A stretch of 63,093 bases of DNA, counting the filler, from Choristocarpus tenellus KU-1152 (taxonomy: Eukaryota > Protista > Phaeophyceae), in NCBI GenBank assembly GCA_964200185.2. It is 10 parts of 10 records of this genome, joined end to end, with 100 filler letters (N's around TTAATTAATTAA, not from the genome) between each part and the next. Parts side by side here need not be neighbours in the genome. Positions count along the whole stretch, not along the records: positions 1 to 8,160 come from CAXNAD020005061.1; positions 8,261 to 13,927 come from CAXNAD020010082.1; 8 more parts are not named here. One strand, given 5' to 3'. Positions within the stretch are counted from its first letter, which is position 1. Each line of letters opens with the position of its first letter. Below, piece after piece: positions 1 to 12,000 of the stretch. Below the pieces are notes generated by a model. It saw nothing but the letters and a program-made list of their open reading frames with translations. It did no database searches and was not told the origin of the DNA. Position numbers and translations under genes: made by a program.

Positions 1-19
1 CCCCTCCCAGATAATTTGA

Positions 20-900
20 ACGAGACCTTGATTGCACACCGCGAAAAGGAGCTGCTAAGCCCTTTCAAGCGTGGTTTCATCATACTCCTCATACTGTTTC
101 TTAATGGCCTTCATCATCTCCTCGACAGACCCAAAAGGGTCTCCCATCACCCAGCGTTTCAAAGACCCGAAGAAGCACAGGTCCATGATATTGAGGTCGG
201 GGGAGTAGATGGCTGCACCACAAGCCTAATCGACCACCCCTCAGTCTTCCCTTCCCCTGACAAGATTTCTGAGTTGACCTTGCCCGTGTGTGGGGGGGCA
301 CCGTTTTGCTGAACAACAACATGCAACCAAGGCATCTTTATCTTGATTGCTGGTAGTAACTCCTCCGCGTACCACCTTCTGTATCACAAATCGTCGAAAG
401 GACGGTCCTGCTCATACACGCACACCTTTTCATGGTTCTTGCTTGTCCTGTCTACCGTTTTTGGCGTACACACACGCCAAACTCCAAGCTTTCATCAAAG
501 CTGTGAGTCGAATCTGGGCGGGTGTTGGCTGCAATGATCATGGTTTTGGGGATACGACTCTTGTGCTGCAAAGTAGGGGACCCTGGAAGGTTGCTATCAT
601 CCTCATGCGGAAATACAATCCCTTTCCCCATCAGTCATCATGTAAAATCAGGTTTCACCCACATGGATCGTGTTTGCCATGGAGGCGTACACACCACGAT
701 TCCAATCCACTTGATCGCAAACAAAGTCCATTCTCCATACCTTTTGCCACGATTTGAGCTTGGGTTTGATCCAGTGGTGATTCGGTATGACCCCCATATC
801 ATCCAAGCACCTGTTTATAGTGCTCGTGCTATAATTCAGCCCCTTGGCGGCCATCTTCATTGTCACCGGACACACTGTGGATGACCGATTATCAGAGTTG
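20..900 (-). pseudogene. Degenerate Tc1/mariner (plant-mariner/DD39D-like) transposase
   Basis: Across frameshifts and stops the minus strand reads HWIKPKLKSWQKVWRMDFV...TIHVGET*FYMM (IHVDEKWFY-like), QHKSRIPKTMIIAA, HVVVQQNGAPPH and SPDLNIMDLCFFGSLK. These are DDE_3/IS630-Tc1-mariner catalytic motifs. Confidence 0.85.
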
Positions 901-1459
901 ATACTATGTATTACAGTCATCTTGGTCGGTGAGAGCTCCGAAGGCTGCCCACTACATGCCATCACCCCTATGTCAAGCGTGTGGCCATGGGCGAGCTGTT
1001 TGGCGACGTCCTCACAGAGCCCTTGCATGTAACGCTCGGACACTCCCAACTCCGCTGCAAGGGCTAACCCAACGTGTCGCGGTAGTCTTTGCTCACCAGG
1101 GATCATCACGAGGGTATGCCACATTGCAAGCGCTGTTGAGAACCTTAGCGCATGTAAAGGCTCGTCACCCAAACCGCTGGTTGAGTCACATGGTGAAACA
1201 TACACTGAATAATAATTGCTCACTGGGTGCCCAATATCACTAGTATTGACCCACCATACCGCTATGCACGTTACTACTTTGTATTGTATCGAACTAAAGA
1301 TAAACGTACATGAAACCTATGTTATATGCTCGTATCAGCACAGACAACGTAAGGATAACACTGGTTATTCGACATCCTCTCCTTGCTGAAAACAAGTTCT
1401 AGCTCCCAATCAATCAATCATTAACAAAAAAAACAAAAACACACATGTTATCTCATGTG

Positions 1460-1850
1460 TTTAATAAAAGCTTTACATGATGTCTATAAACTCGAACTGG
1501 GAAATTCTTGGTCAGCACATCTGTCCTCTGACTTGCAAGACCAACAAAACAACACGGATATCTCCCTTTCTAGCTAAGTCCCTCAAAACGTGGTGTCGGA
1601 TATCAATGTGCTTTGTTCTAGTAGAGCTTCAGGCATTTCGTACTAGTTTGCATTCACCATCGTTATCCTCAAACATGTCAATCCAACCACTAGGAAACTG
1701 TGTCCGAATAACATCAAAACAGCTTCTCAAGGAAAGCAATTCCAGTGCTACAATACTAAGGGCTACATAATCACTCTCCGTGGAAGACAAAGGTACAACA
1801 TTTTGTACCTTTGACACCCAAGATATTGCTCCCCCTGCAAACATTATTAC
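1460..1850 (-). mobile_element. Ty1/copia RNase H remnant
   Basis: FAGGAISWVSKVQNVVPLSSTESDY...MFEDNDG, then after a frameshift SSTRTKHIDIRHHVLRD...TDVLTK. Confidence 0.9.
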
Positions 1851-3204
1851 TAGGAGATGCAGAGTAAGATTTGTAATGCACAAGTAATCTTACAGAATGA
1901 ATACCGATTTCTTACAAGATATAGAAAGATTTGTAATTTGAGTACGTATACAACAGATAGCAGATGCCTTTCGACTTGTAGTCTGCAGAAATCGAGTGGA
2001 TGACGTAAATATAGGGATACTTTGATGGTCACTCATTGTATTTCTTGCTCACTCACTTTATTTCTCGATTAAAACATTAAGTCAAGCTTTGAGCTAAGCA
2101 CTAATTGAAGCATGGAGAGAAGAGTGACTGACACCCGCACGTGGCTATCAACTGTGGAAATACCCCAGTAGCGCCATTTAAGGGTCATTGGATTAGAGCT
2201 GCACATCCTGTGGAGGTAAGCTTCTGGATCATGCTGTGACAGGTCATGGTTTGTTCCGTTGACGGCCTCCTCAGCGATCTTCTGAGTGTCTTGGAGTTGA
2301 CGTTCCTAACAGGTTTTTGTATCGACGTCAGAAGTCCCACTGTCCTGTCCAGCCTCCACTTGACTCTCTGCCAGAACTCTGCATTGTCAAGGCCCAGGTT
2401 ACGAACAGGACTTTCCTTTAGCTGCCGGACTGTTGCCCCTACCTCCCCAAGAGAGTCACCAGGGGCGCCTTTGTCTGCACATGTGGACGCTGGAGCCGGC
2501 AGAATTTGGGCTTTACTGTTCCCACGTTCCTAACCCCCTTCAGTCGTGAAAGTTGGCACTCTGTATTTCTTCTTCCCATATTTAGGTTGCGAAGTCTTCC
2601 CCCTTGGGAGTGGCTGTTGACTCTCTCTTCTGTGTCTTGTGAATCTCTGTGGTCAGCCATGTTGTAGTCTTGACATATGTTGGCCCCCCCAAACACTCGA
2701 GCGCGAGCACCACTGTGAGAGCGGGTTAGACAATGACAATCGGCAGAGTGAAATCTTCGAAAAAAAGGATGAGATCGAGTTTTGCAGGTCTTGACCCAGC
2801 ATCCCAACTTCAGTTGAGACGAATCAGAACAGAACGGTAACCTCCGTGCACAACAGATGTCTCAGCATATCTGGTGAATGCCACCGCAGAAAACGGGATC
2901 AGTCAGAATCGGAATGGATCTTCGCTGTGAAAGTCCTCCTTGCTGTTCGACCAGATCTGGATCTTTGTGTGTCTCTGTCTGGTTTGTTGATTGGTCGTTA
3001 TGAGCAGATTGGATGGCATGTGTGGCGTGCGCAAATGCATATTACTGCGCGCGATATCCATAAAGGTGTGTGGGAGATCCCAGAGAGGGGACCTGTCCTT
3101 GACCAAGGTATTGTCAACTAATACACTTGTATCTGATAGGATTTACCTGGCAGTGATGCTGGATCTGGCGTTGGTTTATATGGTGGTATTTGTCGAAAGT
3201 AGTG

Positions 3205-3286
3205 GACACCGTGACCGAGGGGTTAAGGTGCGAGCCTGCTAAGTTCGTGTGCATTGCACGCGTGAGTTCGAATCTCACCGGTGTCG
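3205..3286 (+). tRNA. trnS-GCT: tRNA-Ser(GCT) copy 1
   Basis: Acceptor stem GACACCG/CGGTGTC, G73, anticodon arm CGAGC-CTGCTAA-GTTCG, long variable arm, T arm GTGAG-TTCGAAT-CTCAC, and a downstream TTTT. Confidence 0.95.
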
Positions 3287-3672
3287 TAAGTTTTGGGTGT
3301 CCTTGTTATGGCTTTGTGGCTGGGCTGTCTCGTTCTATGCGCTCGATGGTTGAGGTCAACGGTCGGTCACCGGTCACCCACATTAATCAAGCGGTCACCC
3401 ACATTAATCAAGGGTCACCCACATTAATCAAGCGTGTCCGAAACTCTTCGGTCACCCACATTAATCAAGCGGTCACCGAAACTCTTCAAGGGTCACCCAC
3501 ATTAATCAAGCGTGTCCGAAACTCTTCGATGTCAGACCTCTTTTCACGGAAATCTGATTTTGACGATCCTATTCTATGTTTGTTGTATCTGGTAGGATTT
3601 GTTTGGCGGCGATGCTGGATCTGGCGTTGATTTATGTGGTGGTATCTGTGGTGGTATGTGTAGGAATTGGTG

Positions 3673-3754
3673 GACACCGTGACCGAGGGGTTAAGGTGCG
3701 AGCCTGCTAAGTTCGTGTGCATTGCACGCGTGAGTTCGAATCTCACCGGTGTCG
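3673..3754 (+). tRNA. trnS-GCT: tRNA-Ser(GCT) copy 2
   Basis: 82 nt identical to copy 1; the downstream T-run is reduced to TTT (AAGCTTTGG). Confidence 0.95.
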
Positions 3755-4017
3755 TAAGCTTTGGGTGTCCTCGTTATTATGGCTTTGTGGCTGGGCTGTC
3801 TCGTTCTATCTATGTGCTCCATGGTTGAGATCAACAGTCACCCCCCACATTCATTAATCAAGTGTGTCCAAAACAAAACCCTTCGATGTCAGACCTCTTT
3901 TCGCGGAAATCTGATTTTGACGATCGTATTCTATATTTGTTGTATGTGGTAGGATTTATTTGGCGGCGATGCTGGATCTGGCGTTTATATATGTCATGGT
4001 ATGTATAGGAATTGGTG

Positions 4018-4099
4018 GACACCGTGACCGAGGGGTTAAGGTGCGAGCCTGCTAAGTTCGTGTGCATTGCACGCGTGAGTTCGAATCTCACCGGTGTCG
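4018..4099 (+). tRNA. trnS-GCT: tRNA-Ser(GCT) copy 3
   Basis: 82 nt identical to copy 1, with a downstream TTTT. Confidence 0.95.
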
Positions 4100-4329
4100 T
4101 AAGTTTTGGGTGTCCTCGTTATTATGGCTTTGTGGCTGGGCTGTCTCGTTGTTGTATTCACTAACGTACTTGTGGTGCCTGATCTTGGTGTCATATCTAT
4201 GCGCTCCATGGTTGAGATCAACAGTCACCCCCCACATTCATTAATCAAGCGTGTCCAAAACAAAACCCTTCGATGTCAGACCTCTTTTCGCGGAAATCTG
4301 ATTTTGACGATCCTATTCTATGTGGCAAG

Positions 4330-5260
4330 CACAACGGATTGTACACATACATATGTACAGCTAGCTAGTTGTACGACCCTGTCTGTCCCTATTGAAAACA
4401 TGAAAAAAAAGCTGGACCAAGATGGAGGTGGAAACTTTGGGCGGGGATTCGAGCAGAACATCCGTGAACATGGTCACTCGACCCAGTCGTGCCTACACAA
4501 TCCAGATGGTACTTGTAGGCCCTTCTTCCATCGTAAGGGAAGAGGTCGTGGACGTCGGAGCATTGAGGATAGACAGCTAGTTGCTGGTCACTATTCTCCT
4601 CGTCCCTAGGGGTTCCAAGATGGATTTGAATCCTGCCCACTTTTGGGAATAAGCATGGTGAAGTTGGCACTACCGTGGGGAGTGGCAAGCGTCAGAGGTT
4701 GTCGCCAGTCACACCACTTACTCCTCAGGCATCGTTTATTGCCTATTTGTCTTCCGTAACCAAGCATTTTCCCTTGTCGTTAGTCCAACCATTGTTACAC
4801 AAAAATAATCAAACTTGGGTTCAACAGTAGTTCCTTAGACAGATACCCATAATCTAATCCAAAACCAGTTCTCTTTTTAAATTGATTGAGGTAGTATCAT
4901 CAAGGTTTGATGTAGTAATGATCTAGGTGGCACATAGGATCAGTCTCGGTATTTATTTCATATATTTGTATATTCTTGTCTGATACAATCTATTATCTCC
5001 TGTGAAAGAACTTAGATACCATAGAAAAACTCAAGTGGTAACATCATTTCCATGCGCGTTCATCAACAACAGCATCACAATCCGCCAGCCAAAAGGATTT
5101 GTCGCAAGAAGGTACAAAATAATACCTTGCTACTCCTTTATTCGACATTCCTGCTCTACCATAAGTACAAGTATCGACAAGTCGGCAAAAACATGGTGCT
5201 GGTTGGATCATTGTTGCTCCAGTACTAAGTATCATCCGGTGTGTGCAACTAAATATTTCT
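4330..5260 (+). mobile_element. Highly decayed LTR retrotransposon (copia-like gag/RT) remnant
   Basis: HGHSTQSCLHNP is knuckle-like, and CAFINNSITIRQPKGFV resembles the copia RT AFLNG...QPxGF motif. Weak evidence. Confidence 0.35.
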
Positions 5261-6508
5261 AGCGCACAAACCGAGACAACAGCCTCAAGTGTTCTTGATA
5301 CCGAAATGCAACTATTGCGCTGTTACACTTCATCCTTTACCCCTCACATCAAGTTATCTTTTAAAACCTCCATCAGAACACTACGCCCTCAATCCAGGAA
5401 TTATAACGCACAACTTGTTTGCCACTGCCTGAGTAGTAGCAGTTATACATCTGGGGACTCATGTGCAGTTTAGGTATTGTGAAGAAAATGGTCCACCCCC
5501 AAGGAATGGGATCATACAAAGAAGATAATACTGCGTATTATCAGTCTTACATAATTATACATAAAGATGGGACTACTTTGAAAACGTTCACTCAACTTCA
5601 AGGTGACACTGATGTGCCCTGTATGTTAATGAACCCTTTCGTATCACTTTGCCTACTTCATCTCAAGCTTAATATTGACTTTGCCCGATTCATTCCAACA
5701 AATGACAAACAGATATATGTTGAACAGAGAGTTTGACCCACAGGCAATCCGCCTGACTGCAGTTCCAACCCCCTCATCACTCAACTCCAGGGATTTATGG
5801 TCTCGCCATATATGCACCATCTTGAAGTCATGGACATGAAGGGGCAGATTTCTGGATATATGTATATATTTATAACACTCGCGAAGAGCACAAGTCCAAT
5901 ACTATCGCATAATCAGACACCCACCCACAATCGATTTCTCTAGTGGAAAACATCAGAACAACCCCCCCCCCATCCACTGTTGAAGTCCACCCAAACCGCA
6001 TCCAGAGTCTCGCATAAACCAATCCTTACTAAACACGGTAGACATACTCATACATGTGTACACATGTTGCGTCTTCTACTCCCATCACACAATCCTCACA
6101 CGATACACCCAAAAGCCACGTAGGCTGGGGAAAAGGGCCTAGGAGGAACAATGGTCACTACCACCCTACACAAGCAGGGAAAAAGAGACATACCACATCT
6201 TCACATTGCCCAAAGAACATTCCATTTGAATATACCTAACCATAACCCTGAGAGAGGAACATGCATGTGTGTTCCACGGATCAGTCTTTCGTGACCAACA
6301 ATGTTGCAACCAGGTAGGTAGGGTGAGAGATACGATACATTTACAACCAAACCGAATATTATAGAAACAGAGGGCGTAAGGCCATCTCTACCTTACGCAC
6401 CCAACCATGTATGGGCAACACACAAAACAAAACGAACACCACCATGTGTAGTATATATCTAGGGGGTAGGAAAGGGGACCCAAATGCACTTTTTCTCCCT
6501 TGGTCGTT

Positions 6509-7857
6509 TTAAGTTCGTTGCCGCTTGCTTGCCCCCCCCCCCGCCCTGCCAGAAGATGTGCCCCTGACCTTGACCTTGGCCTTGCCTTTACCCTTTGCTC
6601 CTGTCTTCCCTTTCACACTCCCCCTTCCACCCTTCTTGACCCCAGCACTTTGGTGCTGGGGCTCTTTTGGCACAATGAGCTGCTGAAGGCTTTGCTCTAG
6701 CTCGTGGATCTCTCCTTCAATAGCTTCGTCCTCTGTGCGTACAACTTCTGACAAGGTTCTGGTGACATCGATTAACTTGCTCAGGGGACCTTCAAGCTCC
6801 TGCTCAAACACGAGAAGGGAATAGGAAGTCGCAGTAAACAACAAAGGAGGAGCATGTGGAGGATTGTTCAAAATGTAACACTTCGATACTACTGACCATT
6901 AGGTTTTGCACTTTTAAGAAAAATGAAAATAAATATAACGATTTTTTTTTTTTTTGGATGCTAACATGTCACCTCCCGTCACTGCCTCCAGTCTTCAAAC
7001 CCTCACTCAGATTCAGAACAAAAAAGCTACACTATTGTAGCGACAACACTTCACTCCAAACAAAGAACATAGGCTCCCTTCGCAGTCACCACAACAAGAA
7101 TCCACCCTTGCAACCATGGTCGTCCAATCCACAAGGAGGGCAACACCTGTACGCTTTTTCTTTTGAATCAAATCTTTCCATTGGGCTCAGACCTGGCCTG
7201 AATACATTACCTTCATCTTGAAGTCACAATCAATCTCTACACTGACCCCCCGATCGCAGCAACACAGAAAAAGCCTTGCACAATTTTGTGCCGAGAGCAT
7301 GTCACGTATTAATGCAGTAACAATAGTACAGAGTAGAAATGTTCAGGAGAGTCAGGGGATGTTGCAAGGTAAATGCATCATCCCATTGGCTCTCAATGCG
7401 ACAAGCATACCATTTCATTGGTGGAACGCAGTTATCTTTTTTGTACAGACTCCACCAGTCCCTCAATGCCACTACTTCCAGAGAAACTGATTTCCGAGTA
7501 TACAAACTTAAATGATCGTGGTCTATTCTTGCACTCATATCTCAGGGAGTGCGCATAGAGCCTTTTGACTACCTTAATCATGTGGCTGGCTCCTCTCAGA
7601 CTAATGGACAGTGGCGATGAATAACAAAAACACTACAGAGAACATCCACTCACCTCCAAGCCCTGTATCTGCCTGCACAGTTTCTGAAACTGCAGTGTCC
7701 TATTCGGAGGCATGGCACCATAGACTGTGGGGAACGCGCTCGGACCATTCCGGGGACCGGGAGTCTCTGTGTAGCCATTTCGGTCCTTAGAGAGCGGGAA
7801 GTAGACGTAGATCGGACTGGGCATGGTGAGCAAACAGGGACTGACAGAAAGCGTGTG
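6509..7857 (-). CDS. Last two exons of a coiled-coil protein with a basic tail; possible SMCHD1-like SMC-hinge C-terminus
   Basis: Exons 7654-7857 (cag|CAC...GAG|gtgagt) and 6509-6799 (gagcag|GAG...stop) join in phase 0. They read SPCLLTM...RNG...VYGAMPP...LCRQIQGLEELEGPLSKLIDVTRTL...IHELEQSLQQL, followed by a K/G-rich tail ending KRQRT. The 5' end is cut off by the contig break. Confidence 0.6.
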
Positions 7858-8160
7858 CTGTAGGATCACATGTCAGGGGGTCATTCAGAAGTACTGACTA
7901 GCAAAAACACAGGATGGTATGCACGAACACCGGCAGGTCAAACCGCGCAGACCACAGACCACAAAACATTAACCAAACATGGCCAGAGGGGCGTGGCGCA
8001 GTGAACCCTCTACGCCACCATCAAGATCAGCAACCATGCAGAAAAAAACGAAAACACGGTGTGTGTATATGTAGCAAAACATTTCGTTGCTACAAGGGCT
8101 CCTTCGGAACGCCCCCCGCCCCCCTTTTGCCTACAGGTTCCGGGGGGTCAAAGTATCTGG

Positions 8161-8260
8161 NNNNNNNNNNNNNNNNNNNNNNNNNNNNNNNNNNNNNNNN
8201 NNNNTTAATTAATTAANNNNNNNNNNNNNNNNNNNNNNNNNNNNNNNNNNNNNNNNNNNN
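8161..8260. other. Artificial contig-joining spacer (N44-TTAATTAATTAA-N44)
   Basis: The identical 100-bp spacer, with stops in all six frames, also occurs at 13928-14027, 20344-20443, 32298-32397, 35070-35169, 38064-38163, 45935-46034, 53885-53984 and 60148-60247. Confidence 0.98.
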
Positions 8261-9008
8261 GGAATGTGAGCTAGAAGGTGGGGAGGGGGGGGAGGATGTA
8301 CGAAATTAAGAGGATAGCATATCACAAAGGCAACTGTTACCAGCACCAACTCCACATAAAATTAGCAAAAGGAATAAAGTGTATCAACATTGAATCCATA
8401 GTAAAAAATATCTCTACGTATAGTGTTTGGTCATATTAATGGTAATATTAGGTCATATTAATGGTAATATTAAGTCATATTAATGGTAATATTAAGATAT
8501 CCTCCGCCTTTTGCATACTGCTAGACATGTTGACTATCAGGTACTCAACAGGAAATAAGTACCAAGGTTCTTGCGTGTACATCAGTCACAGCGAGAACAC
8601 AAGGTCCAAACCAAGACCACACACCAAAGGTACCATTACGTCCAGTCCAGTTCTTAAGGTCTGGGTTGGTGAGGAACACACCTACTCGATTTCAATCAGT
8701 CCACACGCAGCCTGGTCCACTGAACCTCACACAGTCCAACCAACCTCGCCACAAAATAAGTACCCAGACCAGTCCCTCCCTTCACATTTATCCTACTTAA
8801 CCCCAACACACCTCTATCATACACCAACAACCATGCCAAAAGCGCATCTCACATAAAGAAAAAAAAATTCCGTGCCTGTAACATAATCAATCCAAGATAG
8901 TGAAACTAATAATTCTACACTCCAGCACATACCATAATAGTACATATTTCGAGTTATATACACAAGAACACAAGAACACACGCTACATGCATATATATAT
9001 ATGTATAT

Positions 9009-12000
9009 TTACTCCATGTGGATGTACCTGATTGACTGACTGATGGAATTCTGCCGTTCTCTTTTGTGAAAATCCCCCGGGTGAACCAACCTGCCACCTG
9101 CATCAGTCTGCTGCATGTGAACCAGCTCTTCCAGGGATGGAGGTAACCTGTCGCAAAATCGAGGGGTTCAGGGTGATGACAAGGGCAGGGTAGTGTGTTG
9201 GGAAATACTTCAAACTACTGGGGGAGGAGATGAAAGAGATGAGGATACATTACAAGCACTCAACACAATACATCCACTCTTCAGATAAGTTAGCACTGCG
9301 CACAAATGCTCCAAAATGGTTCTACCTTTTGAGCAGTACAAGTGAGTTAATTTATACCAAGTTCAAATCTTCACAAGGAACTCTTCAAACAAAATGCACA
9401 GAAAAAAAAGATGGCCGGTTCAAACAAAATGAACATGTTCAACCCTTGCACAATAATTCCGAAAAACAAAGAATCTGTCTGAAATCCAAATTGGCCCATT
9501 GTAATCAAAATTTCCCTTGAAGAGGAGCCTTCCGACTCACTTGCTACAGGGGTTCCTATAGGGGGCATGGCACAAGTTCACTGGCTTGTGATCCTTGTGT
9601 GCCTGTTTCCTGGAGCTGCACATGAGCAAACATTTCCACAGCAGTGAGAAGAGGGTAGTTGAGCTTGTGTTATGAATGAAATGCACATCTATGTGCATGT
9701 GTGCATGTGTGCGTATATTATATAATCAGAGGGGAACAAGGTGACACCTACTATAATATCATACTATCATAAAATAAAAAAAGAACATTTTTTACCACAA
9801 TTATGACACACCTCTGCCCTCCTGCAATGTTGAGCATCTCCATCCCCTCCAACCCTGACCTTGATGAACTGCCGTCCCCCCACCCCAGACATTGACCAGC
9901 CTTCATTCGCTTGGGGGGTTTTGCCTCATACAAACCAGGGGTCTCCACACCCACAATCATCATCCAGTGCCTAAGCCGGAAGTAGTAGCTGTCAAAGGGT
10001 GGAGGGTGTTCAGGAGCAGATGGGGGAAGGGTGGTAAAGGGGAAGAGGAGCTAATGGGAACATGTTTGCATTTATGTATGTATTATGTTGATGTATCTAT
10101 TTATGTATGTGTGTCCATGTATGTATGTATGTGTGTCCATATATATATGTATGGATGTATGGATGTATGGATGGATGTATTTATGTATATATGAGGGAGC
10201 ATCATCGTACCAAAAATGGTCCCTCCTCTTGCCTGGCAAAGAGAGAAGATGCAACCCTGACATTGTACTGTAGCACCTGCAAGACCGCCACCTCCAACTC
10301 ATTGATGCGACGCAAAGGAAGACGTCCAACACGACTGAAATCACAATTCCACCTGGAAGTATCATTCAAAAGTGACAAGAGGATGCTAGGTTGTTTGTGC
10401 AGTTTTACTGAGAGTCTAGGCCAGGAAGCAAGGTCCAAACGTGTTGAGTGCTAGTCCGCAAACCATCAAATGAGGTGCAAATCAGCACTTCTTGCTTACA
10501 AAATATTGGAGGATATATTGGAGGATATTGAGAGGTAGAAAGGTAAAAAAGACTCAACATCTAAATACTTTAAGTATCATATTGTCACTTGCTTGAGGCA
10601 TACTATATACCAGCACATCGCCCCCCACCATATGTCAGTAATCAGCAGCAGCAGGGAGGGGGCATTATATCTAGGTGGCAGTTTTGTTCCATGTGAATGA
10701 AACAAATGTAGTCAGTCATGCTTGTTCCAGCATCTCTAAAAAACAGTTTCACCAGCATTTCTTCTCACTTCAGTATCATCAAGAGTAGTTACTATAACTC
10801 ACTACTTATGGATTACTCAAGCACACACATCTTTCATACAGTTTAGGTAAACTATTTATACTGATACTATTAATACACATTGCATATGAATGTATACAGT
10901 ATATGAATCCACTTACAAGCTTCAAGTACATCACTACGCTTCATTTACAGAGTATGTACTGGCATCTTATACACTATTTACACACTATTACTGTCTTTCC
11001 ATCTCCCCACCACTTCAACCAGGCCTCACAGTTACACCCTCTCACTGTCTACTTCCACTGAGTCCCCCTCTCCCACAAGCCAACACAAACTGCAGAGCCT
11101 AAACTCTGTATTTTGTCCCCTATTTGGAACATAATCACCAACCAGATCAAGTGGGGGTGGAGGAGAGGGTTCAAGGGGGTGGGGGGAGGGGTTCTTACAG
11201 TATCCAAAGTGAAGGTAGGACATAAATGGAATAGGTAGGACATTAACAGCAGTATAGTCAGCAGAGTAAGACAATAACAAAAATAGGGTAAAAATAAAAA
11301 CATATGGACATAGTCAAGACAGGCAGGCGAATAACCAGTTGCACTATTTGTTGATATCACTATCCCTGGCTGGGTTAGGTGTTACATAACAGTCATTGGT
11401 TATGCTTCAAACACTGCTATTACTTCTGATTGTTCACAGCTCACATGGATAGGTCGTCCCATATCTTCGAGGCAAGAATGAGCCCAGCCAACACAATGGA
11501 CCTGCAATATTTTTGTTATTGGTTGATATTCATTATTGGTTGGGTATACACATGTTTGGTGCTGTGGTACTAAGATTCAATCGATTTTTTGTTATTTTTT
11601 CAGCAGCTGCACATTCCTACTCTATACAAATAAAAGCAACGAAGTGCAACGCACTGCTACTCTATACTATTAACTATACTATTAACTATACTATTAACTA
11701 TACGATTAAATTCCCAAGTTATTAATACCATCAATATCAATAGTAGACACAGGAGTACAGTAGAGGGTTAGGGTTAGGGTTAGGGTTAGGGTTAGGGCTA
11801 GGGTTAGGGTTTGCAAACAACAAAAAAATATATATCCTGTACAGCAGCTGTCACCAGCATCAACCAATAAAGAGGCAAACACCAGGACATGTCTTCCACT
11901 AAATACACCAAGGTCTGTTCTTAACAGAGGAACATTTCAGTTGATTTGACTCTTTAATGAAAAAAAAAAATCAGAATTGACACAAAAAGGTCATTTTTCA

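Larger units (their letters stand above)
3127..4323 (+). repeat. Tandem array of three tRNA-Ser-containing units (tRNA starts 468 and 345 bp apart)
   Basis: The spacers share blocks such as GATGCTGGATCTGGCGTT and TTCGATGTCAGACCTCTTTTC. Spacer 1 has five internal copies of GGTCACCCACATTAATCAAG (3372-3510). Confidence 0.95.

Noticed and set aside
3205-4099. CRISPR-like repeat-spacer array
   Set aside because: The repeats are 82-nt tRNAs, the spacers are homologous to each other, and there are no cas genes in this eukaryotic context.
3290-4320. Dicistronic tRNA-snoRNA units
   Set aside because: The spacers have no convincing C box (RTGATGA) or H/ACA layout, and two of three tRNAs have immediate T4 terminators.
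8205-8216. Recurrent palindrome TTAATTAATTAA as a biological motif
   Set aside because: It is always centred in a 100-bp N spacer, so it is an artificial six-frame-stop linker.
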